Counted from the stretch's first letter, positions 37,092 through 47,004 are shown. The stretch: DNA of 64,000 nucleotides from an uncultured virus (IMG/VR IMGVR_UViG_3300012259_000001) (IMGVR_UViG_3300012259_000001:62001-126000), one strand, 5' to 3'. Notes: generated by a model not told the origin, from the sequence alone. Program-made: numbers and translations.

Positions 37092-38120
37092 ATGCTGATT
37101 TTAGAAGGGCTTAAACTCATGATGGTTTCTCCACACCTTGAAGCAATGTCAACCTGGATCAAGACTCAACAAATGACAGTTCCAGAGTTGAGTGATCTGG
37201 ACGTAAGACCCTGTCGTGTCAGTGCGTTTCGTCAGGCCCAAGAAGTCGTTCTCTCTAGCGGACCCCGGATCGGTGCACCACTGATTATCTCCTGCTTTGG
37301 ATCGAAGGTTGGGGCGTTCAGTACACCTGTCCTGTACGACCTCGATGACCCCTTGCGCAAGCTCGCAGTCGACCACGCCAACGACACCATACACCTGTTT
37401 AAAGAGCTGGTGGATAAAGAGGTCCAACTCTCCACTCACCATGCCACGTTCTTCAAACAACACCTTAACGTGGTAGCCAAAGCTTCTGTTGAAATCACGG
37501 TGCTCAGTGTCGATCGCAATCACCTGACGGTGTTGGCTTGGCATCAGGGAGAACGTGAATTGGTCTCTACGGTCCACACGTACGATCTCAAGCAATTGAT
37601 CCTTCGGGAACATTATGAAAAGATCAAAGTGGAACCAACCCCCTATGCGGAACTGAAAGCATCAAATGAGTTTATCACAGACGCTTTTGTGAATCTGTTG
37701 AAAACCAAACGACCCAATCGTCGAACGTTGCCGCACGCTTCGATACTGGCTTACTGTGCTCGCATCCTAAGAAACTCGGGTCCTGGTCTTAAAGGTTTTT
37801 TATCAACCACCTTTGAGGAAGATATCCTTAAAGTCAATTATGAAGCTGAAAGCATTTCCATTCACTTCAGATTGCTTGATGAGTTACCCACCGGTCTTAC
37901 GGGCAACTATGAACCGATTGCGACTTTCCATGAATTGGATAATCTGCTTGAGCAACAAGGCAAGCAAGACCATGATCTCGTCTGGCATTTCTCACGTCTT
38001 CCCACCCGCTTTAATAACAAACCGTCAAAGCGTGCGATCGCTTATACGAAAGAGCAAAACAGCTTAACCTTCTACCATCCCTTTGAAAAGCTTTACCTGC
38101 AAATCAGCGTTCACTGCTAA
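37092..38120 (+). CDS. hypothetical protein
   Basis: 342-aa ORF; start may be at 37119. Confidence 0.7.
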   Translation: MLILEGLKLMMVSPHLEAMSTWIKTQQMTVPELSDLDVRPCRVSAFRQAQEVVLSSGPRIGAPLIISCFGSKVGAFSTPVLYDLDDPLRKLAVDHANDTIHLFKELVDKEVQLSTHHATFFKQHLNVVAKASVEITVLSVDRNHLTVLAWHQGERELVSTVHTYDLKQLILREHYEKIKVEPTPYAELKASNEFITDAFVNLLKTKRPNRRTLPHASILAYCARILRNSGPGLKGFLSTTFEEDILKVNYEAESISIHFRLLDELPTGLTGNYEPIATFHELDNLLEQQGKQDHDLVWHFSRLPTRFNNKPSKRAIAYTKEQNSLTFYHPFEKLYLQISVHC

Positions 38121-38147
38121 CTCACCGAGAAATGGTATGACCCAAGG

Positions 38148-38203
38148 CGCCCAGTCACTTCGGTGGCTGGGTGTCGAAGGCTTAACTGTTTCTTTTTTTT
38201 TTT
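38148..38203 (+). terminator. intrinsic terminator
   Basis: CCCAGTCAC-TTCG-GTGGCTGGG and a downstream T11 tract. Confidence 0.55.
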
Positions 38204-38216
38204 GGTGAGGTGGGGT

Positions 38217-38672
38217 ATGCGTTCTCTTTTAATCCGAGTAGTTTTCTTGTGTGCGCTATTGCTCCCGAGTCCGCTGTGGGCCACTGACATGATCCGCATG
38301 CCTTCGGCTAATGTAGTCGAAGTCTATGATGGCGATACCTTTAAGGTACAACTGCCTGGGATGTTGGAGGTCTTTGGTCATGAGTTGCCTGTCAGGATCA
38401 ACGGGATAGACACCCCGGAGATTCGCAGCAGTTGCAGTACCGACGTCCTGCGAGCGGCGGAGCGTCACAAAGCAGGCTTGGCTAAAGATTTTCTATTAGG
38501 GGCATTGAGAGGCGGTCAGAAGATCGAACTCCATAACCTTGCCCGAGATAAGTATTTCCGTCTTTTGGCTGATGTCTACATAGACGACATCAATGTAGGA
38601 ACCGCCATGGTTGAACGTGGGCATGCTGTCGCCTATGACGGCGGTACCAAATACGACTGGTGTGGGAAGTAG
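38217..38672 (+). CDS. thermonuclease (SNase) family protein with signal peptide
   Basis: VYDGDTF, VRINGIDTPE, DKYFRLLA, MVERGHAVAY; N-terminal MRSLLIRVVFLCALLLPSPLWA. Confidence 0.88.
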   Translation: MRSLLIRVVFLCALLLPSPLWATDMIRMPSANVVEVYDGDTFKVQLPGMLEVFGHELPVRINGIDTPEIRSSCSTDVLRAAERHKAGLAKDFLLGALRGGQKIELHNLARDKYFRLLADVYIDDINVGTAMVERGHAVAYDGGTKYDWCGK

Positions 38673-38725
38673 CGGCATAAAAGCACTAGGCTCCCTAGGG
38701 AGCCTAGCGTACAACCCTTTTATGC
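38673..38725. terminator. bidirectional terminator
   Basis: GGCATAAAA...CTAGGCTCC-CTAG-GGAGCCTAG...TTTTATGC. Confidence 0.7.
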
Positions 38726-40414
38726 TGCGTCTGGATGGTCCACAAGGAACTCTGCCAGCATCCGATCAAAGCTCGGGGCTTTCATGATGTCGACTGCAAT
38801 CTCTACCGCATTGACGTGACCGCCTGTCAGGTTAATACCCGCCATGCGTGTCTGGTACTCATTACACCCTTTGATCTTGTACAGTTCGTAAAGCGTGGTC
38901 TCACGCGAGATATTCAGGATCACCTGAACGTTCGGGTACGTCGATACGATGTCCAAGTCGGCTACGTGACGACGAATGTAGGTCCTTACATCAGGCAGTT
39001 CTTTAATGGCGCGGACGCCGTTATCCACTGTCTGGTGAGAGGGTAGGGTCACGATCCACTGATTCATGCCAACAACGTAAGCATCCAATTCATGGACCAT
39101 TTCGTTGCTACACGAACCTAGGATATAGCCCCGGTCACGACAGAAGAAATAGAAGTCATCCACCAAACGACGAGGTTGCGAATTGTAGATGGTGTATTCC
39201 GAAGCCCGCGACTGGGTACTGATAACCAGCTGCAAGTCTTTGGTCTTCTCATCCAACAGTTCTACACCGATACAGTCGAAGATGTTGTAGACCGCATATT
39301 CGACTTTGTAATAGGTCTGCATGAACACGTGCCATGCCAACCCTGCATATTCGTCGGCCTCTTCAAACTTAAGCTTACCAAGCCCCGACAACTCCTCCTT
39401 CATTACGTAGTCCAAGCTGTACGAAGGCAGGTTTTGCTTAGCCATTCGAATACGCTTGTACACACACATGCTGTCGATCAGAAAGAACGTCGCTGGACAT
39501 TCGGCTACGTGCCACCGTTCGGCTGGGTGAATCGAATCGATTCGACCCGAAGCGGTTTTCTTAGTAGCGTTACCCTGCTTGTAGCGGAAGAACTTGTAGC
39601 GCTCGGGAACCGACGGATCGCTGAAAACTTGGGCCGGATCAATTCCTTCAGCTTCCAATTGCTTGACGCATTTGGGGATATCGAAGTCGATGTTCCAGAT
39701 GGTGACGAATTCAGGTTTCCATTGGTGGGCTTTGGCAAAGCAACGCCGAATGCCTTCACCGGGTGTCTCAACGATCTCCAGTTCGTAGGTAATGTTGCGC
39801 TCTTTGGTGTACTTCTCCAAGTACTTTTCAATGGCTTTGTTAAGCTTTTCCAAGAAGCGAACGTCTTGACCTACAAAGAACTTGGTCGCAGCTAGGTAGA
39901 CTTTGTCCTTAAACGTCAAGGCCATTAGGATGGGTTGTTCAGTACCGTGGACAACATCCGTCTCGATGTCGAATACCGCTACGCCATTGGGGGACAAGCA
40001 ATCTGGCGAACGCAGTTGGTATTCACGTTTAAGGAGCGTGGGTGTGGTGATGTCACATCCGTACAAATAAGGATCACGTGCAATCTGACGCAAGCCCCCA
40101 CGCAAAGTACCCACCCCTTTAGCCCGCGCAATCTGTCTGAGCAGGTTACGTTGGGTGCAGGTGTAACGTTGCAGGTTATTAATTTTTTCTTGGGTTTTCT
40201 TTTCTGTATAGTTACGTTGACCTTCACGCGCATAGAAAAAATCGCGCTTGTAGTTTTCGATGATCTTGAGGTTCGGGATCAATTGACCGTCTTTGGTGTG
40301 AATGACTTCTTTGACGATCAGGGCATCCCCATCACCATCGTCATTCGGCAGTGTGTAAACCGCGTGTTTACATTCAATGCCTTTAATATTCTCGCTAGGT
40401 ACGGGCAGCGACAT
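38720..40414 (-). CDS. family B DNA polymerase, exonuclease + motif A part (gp82-like)
   Basis: ExoI FDIETD, ExoII WNIDFD, SYSLD, ExoIII YNIFD, motif A DLDIVSTYP. Confidence 0.88.
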   Translation of the reverse strand: MSLPVPSENIKGIECKHAVYTLPNDDGDGDALIVKEVIHTKDGQLIPNLKIIENYKRDFFYAREGQRNYTEKKTQEKINNLQRYTCTQRNLLRQIARAKGVGTLRGGLRQIARDPYLYGCDITTPTLLKREYQLRSPDCLSPNGVAVFDIETDVVHGTEQPILMALTFKDKVYLAATKFFVGQDVRFLEKLNKAIEKYLEKYTKERNITYELEIVETPGEGIRRCFAKAHQWKPEFVTIWNIDFDIPKCVKQLEAEGIDPAQVFSDPSVPERYKFFRYKQGNATKKTASGRIDSIHPAERWHVAECPATFFLIDSMCVYKRIRMAKQNLPSYSLDYVMKEELSGLGKLKFEEADEYAGLAWHVFMQTYYKVEYAVYNIFDCIGVELLDEKTKDLQLVISTQSRASEYTIYNSQPRRLVDDFYFFCRDRGYILGSCSNEMVHELDAYVVGMNQWIVTLPSHQTVDNGVRAIKELPDVRTYIRRHVADLDIVSTYPNVQVILNISRETTLYELYKIKGCNEYQTRMAGINLTGGHVNAVEIAVDIMKAPSFDRMLAEFLVDHPDAA

Positions 40415-40506
40415 CGTTGGTACTCCAATCAGGCCCTTAAGACATATTATCAGGACAGGTGGTGTTTTTTAACAGGGCCAGTAATTAACTACTTTTCTAA
40501 CCTTAG

Positions 40507-40665
40507 TATGAGAGGTGTTTGGCCCAACATCGCTCTGGGGAAGTTGATCCAGCAATCCCTTGGCACCTACGGACTCCCCCAGCCTATGGCTCTCAGGGGA
40601 TTGGTTGTCGGATGGCTTTCCCGTTTCCTCCTGCCCACTCCGGCCCTTAGGGGCTGGGGTTGGGT
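40507..40665 (+). ncRNA. candidate structured small RNA
   Basis: TATG start motif, 5' hairpin, long rod stem 40537-40622, terminal hairpin + TTATGCC in a 320-bp intergenic gap. Confidence 0.35.
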
Positions 40666-40737
40666 TCTTATGCCCCCCTCTCCGTTATCAGTATGAGTGA
40701 TCTTTTCTTTAGGCCCTCTTCTGGTTTCGGAGCTGAC

Positions 40738-42000
40738 ATGCTTACCCCACGAAAACTCAATCTCGGACTGGAGGCCATCCAGGTCCAATCCGATCTGCTC
40801 TTTAAAGAGCTGACACTGGCTTTCCAACGCATCCGCGAAGAGAAGGCCTACAAAGGCAAGGCCCTCAAAGCCATTGACATACCTGCGATCATCTTCAATC
40901 GCACCGGAGTAAAGGTGAGCTTCGAAGTTGAAGACTCATCGGATCTCAATGCCTACGTTCACATCCCAACTGTGGATAAAAACAATCCGCTGGTGTACAA
41001 CTACTTCAAGCCGTACTTGGGTTCAGACGACTTCGATGGCCTGATCAAGAATAAGAAGCTGGATCAGGTGGTTGGTTGGGTTGACCTGGCTCATGGTTGC
41101 TTGGGCGGCGCATTCTCCCAAGTGCAACACAAAGCTGTTGTTCTGCGTGGAATGTTTGAAAGCAAGCTCGTAAGTTGCGAAGAAATCGCAGCGGTGATGT
41201 TGCACGAACTGGGTCACCTCTTCACCTACTACGAGTTCCTGGGTCACGTGTTGACCACGAACATCGTACTGCACGCCGCTACCCAACAGTTCTTCAAGGC
41301 CGACGACAAGGTTCGCAAAGTGCGCCTGGTCCACGAAACCTGTAAAGCACTGGATGTGGAAATCGATGACGTTGAGTCGTTGGTGGAATGTACGGACAAA
41401 GAAGTCTTCCAGACAGTGTTCGTCCGCAAGAAGATCCTGAATACGCGCAGCTCGCTCGGCACGCCGATTTATGACCTCACCGCTACCGAGGCCTTGGCTG
41501 ACCAGTTTGCTGTCCGTATGGGCGCAGGACGGGCTCTGGCAACCGGTTTGGACAAGATCATGCGCTCCTATGGTGGCGGTAGTTCGTATCGCACCACCGC
41601 CGGACATGTGATTGCTACGGTGTTCAACGTGGCACTGTTCTTTTTCTTCACGGCGATGACCTTCGGTTTGTTCCTCCTGATCCTGTTCATCAACCCGGCT
41701 GAGAAAACCTACGATCCGCCTGAGGCGCGTCTGCGCCGCATCCGTAACGAGATGATGACAGCCATCAAATCGGAAAAGATGTCGGCTGAGCGTAAGGCTG
41801 AAACACTGCTGGACATCAAAGCGGTGGATCAACTGCTCAAACAAGTGGATGACAAACGTGGATTGATCGAGATGTTCTACACCTCGGTTCTGCCATCGGG
41901 TCGTCAACAGTACCAACAGCTCAAGTTCCAAGTGGAGTTGGAGAAACTGGTCAATAACGACCTGTTCCTAGCCCACGAGCGCCTCAAACAACTTTCTTAA
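40738..42000 (+). CDS. virion protein with HExxH metallopeptidase motif and membrane segment (gp83/84-like)
   Basis: LHELGH, EALADQFA..G, hydrophobic VFNVALFFFFTAMTFGLFLLILF; N-terminal GLE site. Confidence 0.7.
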   Translation: MLTPRKLNLGLEAIQVQSDLLFKELTLAFQRIREEKAYKGKALKAIDIPAIIFNRTGVKVSFEVEDSSDLNAYVHIPTVDKNNPLVYNYFKPYLGSDDFDGLIKNKKLDQVVGWVDLAHGCLGGAFSQVQHKAVVLRGMFESKLVSCEEIAAVMLHELGHLFTYYEFLGHVLTTNIVLHAATQQFFKADDKVRKVRLVHETCKALDVEIDDVESLVECTDKEVFQTVFVRKKILNTRSSLGTPIYDLTATEALADQFAVRMGAGRALATGLDKIMRSYGGGSSYRTTAGHVIATVFNVALFFFFTAMTFGLFLLILFINPAEKTYDPPEARLRRIRNEMMTAIKSEKMSAERKAETLLDIKAVDQLLKQVDDKRGLIEMFYTSVLPSGRQQYQQLKFQVELEKLVNNDLFLAHERLKQLS

Positions 42001-42013
42001 AGCGAGACTCCCC

Positions 42014-42448
42014 ATGGATAACCTGCGCCAACTCACCCAAGAAATCACCAACCACCTGAACAGCTGCAACGTCGGTCTGTATGATCGTCCGCGTGCTACC
42101 GCCATTCTCGCCGCCAGCGTAGTCGGTCGTGATCTGGTTCTGCCGTCGGCTCGTGTTGACAACGCTCGCAGCTACTACCGCACCTCCGTCAAGACGGCTG
42201 TGTACGACAAGCTCAACGAACTGAACGAAGCGCTGCCGCTGGACATCGACACGGCAGAAGACCTGATCTTCCGGGTCTGGTACACCCGCTACCTGCTGGT
42301 TCATGAACCGACTCACCCGCTGGGTCAGAAGCTTCTGAGCCTCGCCATCTGTGGTGGTATCAGCGAAGTCGACAACAAGACGGTGGAGTTCCTCAAGGCC
42401 TGTCCGGCTTTGCTTGACGGTGCACATTTCATCGTCGCAGCGGAGTAA
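42014..42448 (+). CDS. putative virion protein
   Basis: 144 aa, strongly biased codons, in the structural block. Confidence 0.65.
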   Translation: MDNLRQLTQEITNHLNSCNVGLYDRPRATAILAASVVGRDLVLPSARVDNARSYYRTSVKTAVYDKLNELNEALPLDIDTAEDLIFRVWYTRYLLVHEPTHPLGQKLLSLAICGGISEVDNKTVEFLKACPALLDGAHFIVAAE

Positions 42449-42454
42449 TCGGTC

Positions 42455-43627
42455 ATGAATGAAGAACTGGAAATTCCAGATCTCGGGACTGAAGAAGAAC
42501 AGCTCGCCGCCCTTGAAGCCATCACCTTGGACATCGATGGCTTTTTGAACGGGGTTCAGGAAGCTGGCGGTGTATCGCGTGCGATGGCCGAGAAAGCTTC
42601 TCACCTGTTGCCGGAAGATACCAACTACGCTTACTACAGCCAAACTCCCACCCAGACTAACCTTAAGGTGACGCTGGAATCTATTGATCTCAAGACCGCT
42701 CTTGTGATTGCAGGTGCTGTGGCCGCTGTGGCTGTATTGGCCCTCAAGATCTTCCAATACATCAAGAAGTCGCGTGAGAAGATCGAATTCACCATCAAGA
42801 AACTCGATGGTCATGTCGAATCCGCCGAACGCTGCCTCAAGGTCTGTGACCGGATCGTGGCTAACATGAACAGTGAGGCCAAGGCCGAGGTTGATGAAAT
42901 CACCAAGCAGCTGAACGAACAGTATCAGCAGCAGATCAGTGGTTACTTCAACCCCTTCCTTAAGGAGATCATCACCAACGGTAAAGTGGCTCACGTCATC
43001 GCCGATGGTCACAAGGTGGCCAGTGGTCTCTTCGAGAAAGTCAAGTCCTCGGTCGACCTACTGGAAAAGTTGGTGGATGCCAAAGATGTTTCGGTGGAAC
43101 AGAGCCAACTGGTTGACCCCAAGGACCTGAGCTTGCCTCAAGCATTGAGTCACATCGCTAAGTTCTCCTCGGAAACAGCCAGTAGTGCCATGTCTGAAAT
43201 CATGGAAGGTCTCACCTCGATGCGCGACATCAAGGTCGAGTTCCGTTACGATTTGGAAGAAGTGTTCCATCGTAACAAAGGGCACACCGGTAGCGACTCG
43301 AAAGTCTACGGACGCGGTTTCCATGAAACAGCGGCTCTTGAAAAACGGGTCGAGAAGATCGAGCAGAAAGTCTCAAAGAACAAAGACCTTGATGCTGATC
43401 ACCGTGCAGCGATCAACAAAGTGTCTTATTCGTTGCGCAGCGGTCTGCAACAATTGATGGCTTTCACCCGGATGTGCAGTATGGCTTCGTCTGGTTCGCG
43501 CCAGTTCTGGATGAGTATGGAAAAGTACGCTGCTACTAAACTTAAGCGGGTAGCCGCCTTGGCAGTCCAAGACGACGACGCAGAAGTGAAGAAAGCGCTG
43601 GAACATGCCTCCAAGATCAAGCTGTAA
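42455..43627 (+). CDS. putative internal head protein
   Basis: 390 aa; acidic propeptide with ALE/TLE sites, then a hydrophobic segment. Confidence 0.6.
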   Translation: MNEELEIPDLGTEEEQLAALEAITLDIDGFLNGVQEAGGVSRAMAEKASHLLPEDTNYAYYSQTPTQTNLKVTLESIDLKTALVIAGAVAAVAVLALKIFQYIKKSREKIEFTIKKLDGHVESAERCLKVCDRIVANMNSEAKAEVDEITKQLNEQYQQQISGYFNPFLKEIITNGKVAHVIADGHKVASGLFEKVKSSVDLLEKLVDAKDVSVEQSQLVDPKDLSLPQALSHIAKFSSETASSAMSEIMEGLTSMRDIKVEFRYDLEEVFHRNKGHTGSDSKVYGRGFHETAALEKRVEKIEQKVSKNKDLDADHRAAINKVSYSLRSGLQQLMAFTRMCSMASSGSRQFWMSMEKYAATKLKRVAALAVQDDDAEVKKALEHASKIKL

Positions 43628-43632
43628 TCACG

Positions 43633-43684
43633 CGGCATAAAAGTACAGGGAGGCCGAAGCCTCCCTGTATGCCGCCTTTTATGC
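43633..43684. terminator. bidirectional terminator
   Basis: GGCATAAAAG-TACAGGGAGGC-CGAA-GCCTCCCTGTA-TGCCG. Confidence 0.75.
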
Positions 43685-46588
43685 GTTGGTGTGTCGCAGG
43701 AAGCTGATGGTGACATCGTCCACCACTGAGTAGGTACCATCGGCCAAGGCCTGTAGCTTTTTGCGAATGCCAAAGCGTGCAGACTGATCGACCAGCGTTA
43801 CCACTCGGTAGTTACTGGAACCGCCCAACCCCGACACCATCGCCGTAATCACTTGGTCCTTAGCAGACGCAATGATTCGGTTTTCGATGTCGATGCAACG
43901 AACCGTATCCCGTTTGAACTCATCGGCCAGAATCTCCAAGATACTGGTTTCGATAGAGGCTCGCAACGGAAGATCTTCATACCCACTCTTGGTCATGTAC
44001 AGCTCAATGTGAAGCGCCTGCTCAACCTCCAAGCGAATCTCAAAGCCTTCCAAGACCAGCGCATCCACATAACCTGTGGTTCGTTGTGGATAGAAGTACA
44101 GGTCGGTCAGTTCCAGCATCTTCTTCGATGCCATGGCGATGTCGTTTTCCAACCACCCAACCACCGTATTCGGAATGGAGCGGGTATAGGTCAACGTGGT
44201 TTCATCGTCGGCAAAATAGTAAAGACCATCCACCAGGAACAGATCCACCTGACGCACCACTTTACGCGGACTGGCTACAATGGGTTGCCCATTGCTGTCC
44301 AACACCAAATCACCTTTACGGTGTGCGTACTGAGGCTCGCCATTGACCAACACCGGGTCTCCGATATTGTGGAGGATCTCGAAATCCGGTTGACCATCTA
44401 CCATGCGAATGACGTAACTGCCGGTGACAGGATCGCGGCGGTATTGCGTGGCTTCGTACAAGGCCGGTACATCCGTCTCGTATGTCAGATAGCCTTCACT
44501 ACCTACCACACTACGACCATTGGTCCACAAACGGTCCAGCGAATAACCCAAAACAAAATTGAGTTCTTCTTGGATAATCGCATAGTGACTGGCCGGTACC
44601 AAGGTGGTGTCCGTCAACTTATCCATGTCAGTGAACTGCATGTCTTGCGTTTGGTAGTTACTCACCCCATAGACCAGCGTAAACTTGTCCTTGAGACGAA
44701 TACCGCAAGGCTGAACTTGTCCGAAGATGGTGAAGTTCGTTACGATCAGGTGATGCTCTTCATCCAGATCGTACTGCGTTTCCACCAAGAACTCATACGC
44801 AGCTTCACCGGTTTCCTCGTTTACGTACAACAGCGACCCGGCCAACGATGCTCGACCGTTTTCATTCGGTGCCTCAAAACTCAAGACCACGTGACGCTGT
44901 TCCAGATCCAGCTCTTTATAAACAGGACCTGAACGAGTTGTCACCACCACACGGTAGCCCGCAGCCACTTTTTCAATGGCGTACGAGTCGGTTGCAACCA
45001 CCAACCCAAGCGTCGGATTCTCCTCCACAAACGCTTTGGAGGTGATGTCTGGACTATCCAAGTGATAAGCCCGTACATCAAAGTAATCACCGACCAAACC
45101 CCAGACGTAGTAGAACGGTGACCAGAGGTAGTTCTTTCCACTGACTTCTTGGGTGAACAGATCAGTAACACGCAGCGCTTCGAGTCCTTGGATGGTCGCT
45201 TCCGGCATGATGGTCAACAACGAATCGGTGTTACGGTACAACACCTTAGGTGTCAGGGTCAGCCGTTTGTTGTTGTCATACACACCGTGGAGATTACGAA
45301 TCTCATCGGCCGTACACTGGAGCATCCCCATAGTGGAAGCCATTCCTGTATAGACACTGAGGTCCTCAGGGGTGGGGAGTGTACGTGTAGCCAAGATCTG
45401 GCGTTGAGTGACGTAGTCGGTATTGACCACGGCGCTGAAACCAGCGTTTTCCAAGGTCGCGCCCAACTGAACACTGGTGATTGGCAGTTGTTGTTCACGC
45501 AAAGCCGTACTGATCAGACGTTCCCGCACCTGATCAAAGGACATGCTGTTGGTACCGCCCGCTACTGTCGCTTCCGAATACACCGAGATGGCGTTGAAAG
45601 TCTTCAGCGGCGCCACGTAACGACCATCGTCGTCATTGTCGTAGTCCAACCACATCGCGTTGTAGGCATTCGGTGGGTAGTTGTTGAGGATCAGGTTGAT
45701 CTCGCCATTGGTACTGTAGATCTCAACCCGTAGCTCACGAGTGACCATCCCGTTGGCTTGGTACACCAGTGGGATGCTCACACGAACCGATTGCTCGTAC
45801 ACCTTCAGAACAGCCGTGGGGGTGTTGACATCAAAGACCTGGGCACTGTGGGTGGTTTGCATCTCCTCCCACTCACCGTTCTCCAACGACCGGTAAACCC
45901 GAGCAAAATGGAACTGGCCGGAGAAGGTATACGTGGCTTCCGTCAAAGTACCCATGGACACTTTGGGGTAGTAGATATCAGAACTCAGTTGCAACACCGG
46001 GATCTGAATGCAAATGAACACAGTGCCGTCGATGTTGACGATCTCATGTTCCACCACATTTGTTTCCAGACTCATGAACGGTGACTTGCGGCTGACATCA
46101 TGCAACACGTTCAAGCCACCGTGGCTCATCACCCGTAGCTCGATCGGGTATTGCATCATGAAGCTGTAACCGGCGACCGTGAACGTGGTGTGGCGAGGAA
46201 TCACCAACTTCCGGGTGTTGGTCAATTCGGTCTGAATAGCCTTGGCTTTTACTTCTTCAAGGCTCAGCAGCATCACCATGGTGGTGGACGACGGATTACC
46301 AAAACGACCCAAGAAATCCTTGTCCGACATGTGCATGTAGATTTCGTCTTCATCTTGTGCCATCACCCCGTATTGTTTACGGCTGTAATCGGCAAAGCAA
46401 GACATCGCAGCTGATGCGTTGACCGCACTGGCTTCCAAGAGGAACATGAACGGGTTGGTGGGATCAACAATCAGGCGAGTGCCCGTATTGACTTCTTCCA
46501 ACACATCCAGTGCCACTTGGCAGATGGCTGAAGGATTGAATCGAACCAAGTCGATCTGGGCCTTCATCTCTTCAATGGACAGTGGCAT
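43679..46588 (-). CDS. large virion structural protein (gp87-like, probable baseplate)
   Basis: ~969 aa; DPTNPF..LLEA, HMSDKD; synteny. Confidence 0.7.
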   Translation of the reverse strand: MPLSIEEMKAQIDLVRFNPSAICQVALDVLEEVNTGTRLIVDPTNPFMFLLEASAVNASAAMSCFADYSRKQYGVMAQDEDEIYMHMSDKDFLGRFGNPSSTTMVMLLSLEEVKAKAIQTELTNTRKLVIPRHTTFTVAGYSFMMQYPIELRVMSHGGLNVLHDVSRKSPFMSLETNVVEHEIVNIDGTVFICIQIPVLQLSSDIYYPKVSMGTLTEATYTFSGQFHFARVYRSLENGEWEEMQTTHSAQVFDVNTPTAVLKVYEQSVRVSIPLVYQANGMVTRELRVEIYSTNGEINLILNNYPPNAYNAMWLDYDNDDDGRYVAPLKTFNAISVYSEATVAGGTNSMSFDQVRERLISTALREQQLPITSVQLGATLENAGFSAVVNTDYVTQRQILATRTLPTPEDLSVYTGMASTMGMLQCTADEIRNLHGVYDNNKRLTLTPKVLYRNTDSLLTIMPEATIQGLEALRVTDLFTQEVSGKNYLWSPFYYVWGLVGDYFDVRAYHLDSPDITSKAFVEENPTLGLVVATDSYAIEKVAAGYRVVVTTRSGPVYKELDLEQRHVVLSFEAPNENGRASLAGSLLYVNEETGEAAYEFLVETQYDLDEEHHLIVTNFTIFGQVQPCGIRLKDKFTLVYGVSNYQTQDMQFTDMDKLTDTTLVPASHYAIIQEELNFVLGYSLDRLWTNGRSVVGSEGYLTYETDVPALYEATQYRRDPVTGSYVIRMVDGQPDFEILHNIGDPVLVNGEPQYAHRKGDLVLDSNGQPIVASPRKVVRQVDLFLVDGLYYFADDETTLTYTRSIPNTVVGWLENDIAMASKKMLELTDLYFYPQRTTGYVDALVLEGFEIRLEVEQALHIELYMTKSGYEDLPLRASIETSILEILADEFKRDTVRCIDIENRIIASAKDQVITAMVSGLGGSSNYRVVTLVDQSARFGIRKKLQALADGTYSVVDDVTISFLRHTNA

Positions 46589-46602
46589 TGTAGCCCCCTT
46601 AA

Positions 46603-47004
46603 TCAATTAATGTGTTCAGGCAACTCGACGTATAGACCAAACTTACACGCCACCAACAGCTGAGCTACCGCAGTTCCTAAATTTTCCCTGGTGTGGGCAA
46701 ACCCACTTTTACTGACCCGCGCAGAACCACACTCCCATTTCACACCCACCCGATGCTCAATCATCAGTTGGAGGATGATGGACTTAAGACGTTGTGGCGC
46801 CCACTGAACATAATGGTTGAAGTGATGGGGTTCGGTGCACTCGTCCTCATCCGGATCGGGTTCGTCCATCGTCATGTAGTTATCATCTTCGTGATAACGA
46901 ATCTTTCCAACACCATACATCGGTTCGGTCCAATCCAACGCCATGGCAAGCGCATAATCGAGTTTCAGCCCGGTGAGGTCCAGGGAACGGTGCTTACGGG
47001 TCAT
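46603..47004 (-). CDS. NinX/DUF2591-like protein
   Basis: LTGLKLDYALAMA N-terminus; C-terminal AVAQLLVACKFG..VELP. Confidence 0.6.
   Translation of the reverse strand: MTRKHRSLDLTGLKLDYALAMALDWTEPMYGVGKIRYHEDDNYMTMDEPDPDEDECTEPHHFNHYVQWAPQRLKSIILQLMIEHRVGVKWECGSARVSKSGFAHTRENLGTAVAQLLVACKFGLYVELPEHIN

Noticed and set aside
38193..38203. T11 run inside track ORF 38163..38672 as a slippery site
   Set aside because: Belongs to a terminator upstream of the likely start at 38217; likewise the T runs near 2213, 20486, 27513 and 53278
39935..40696. 253-aa + strand ORF
   Set aside because: Mostly antisense to the DNA polymerase exonuclease gene and crosses a structured intergenic region; no motifs
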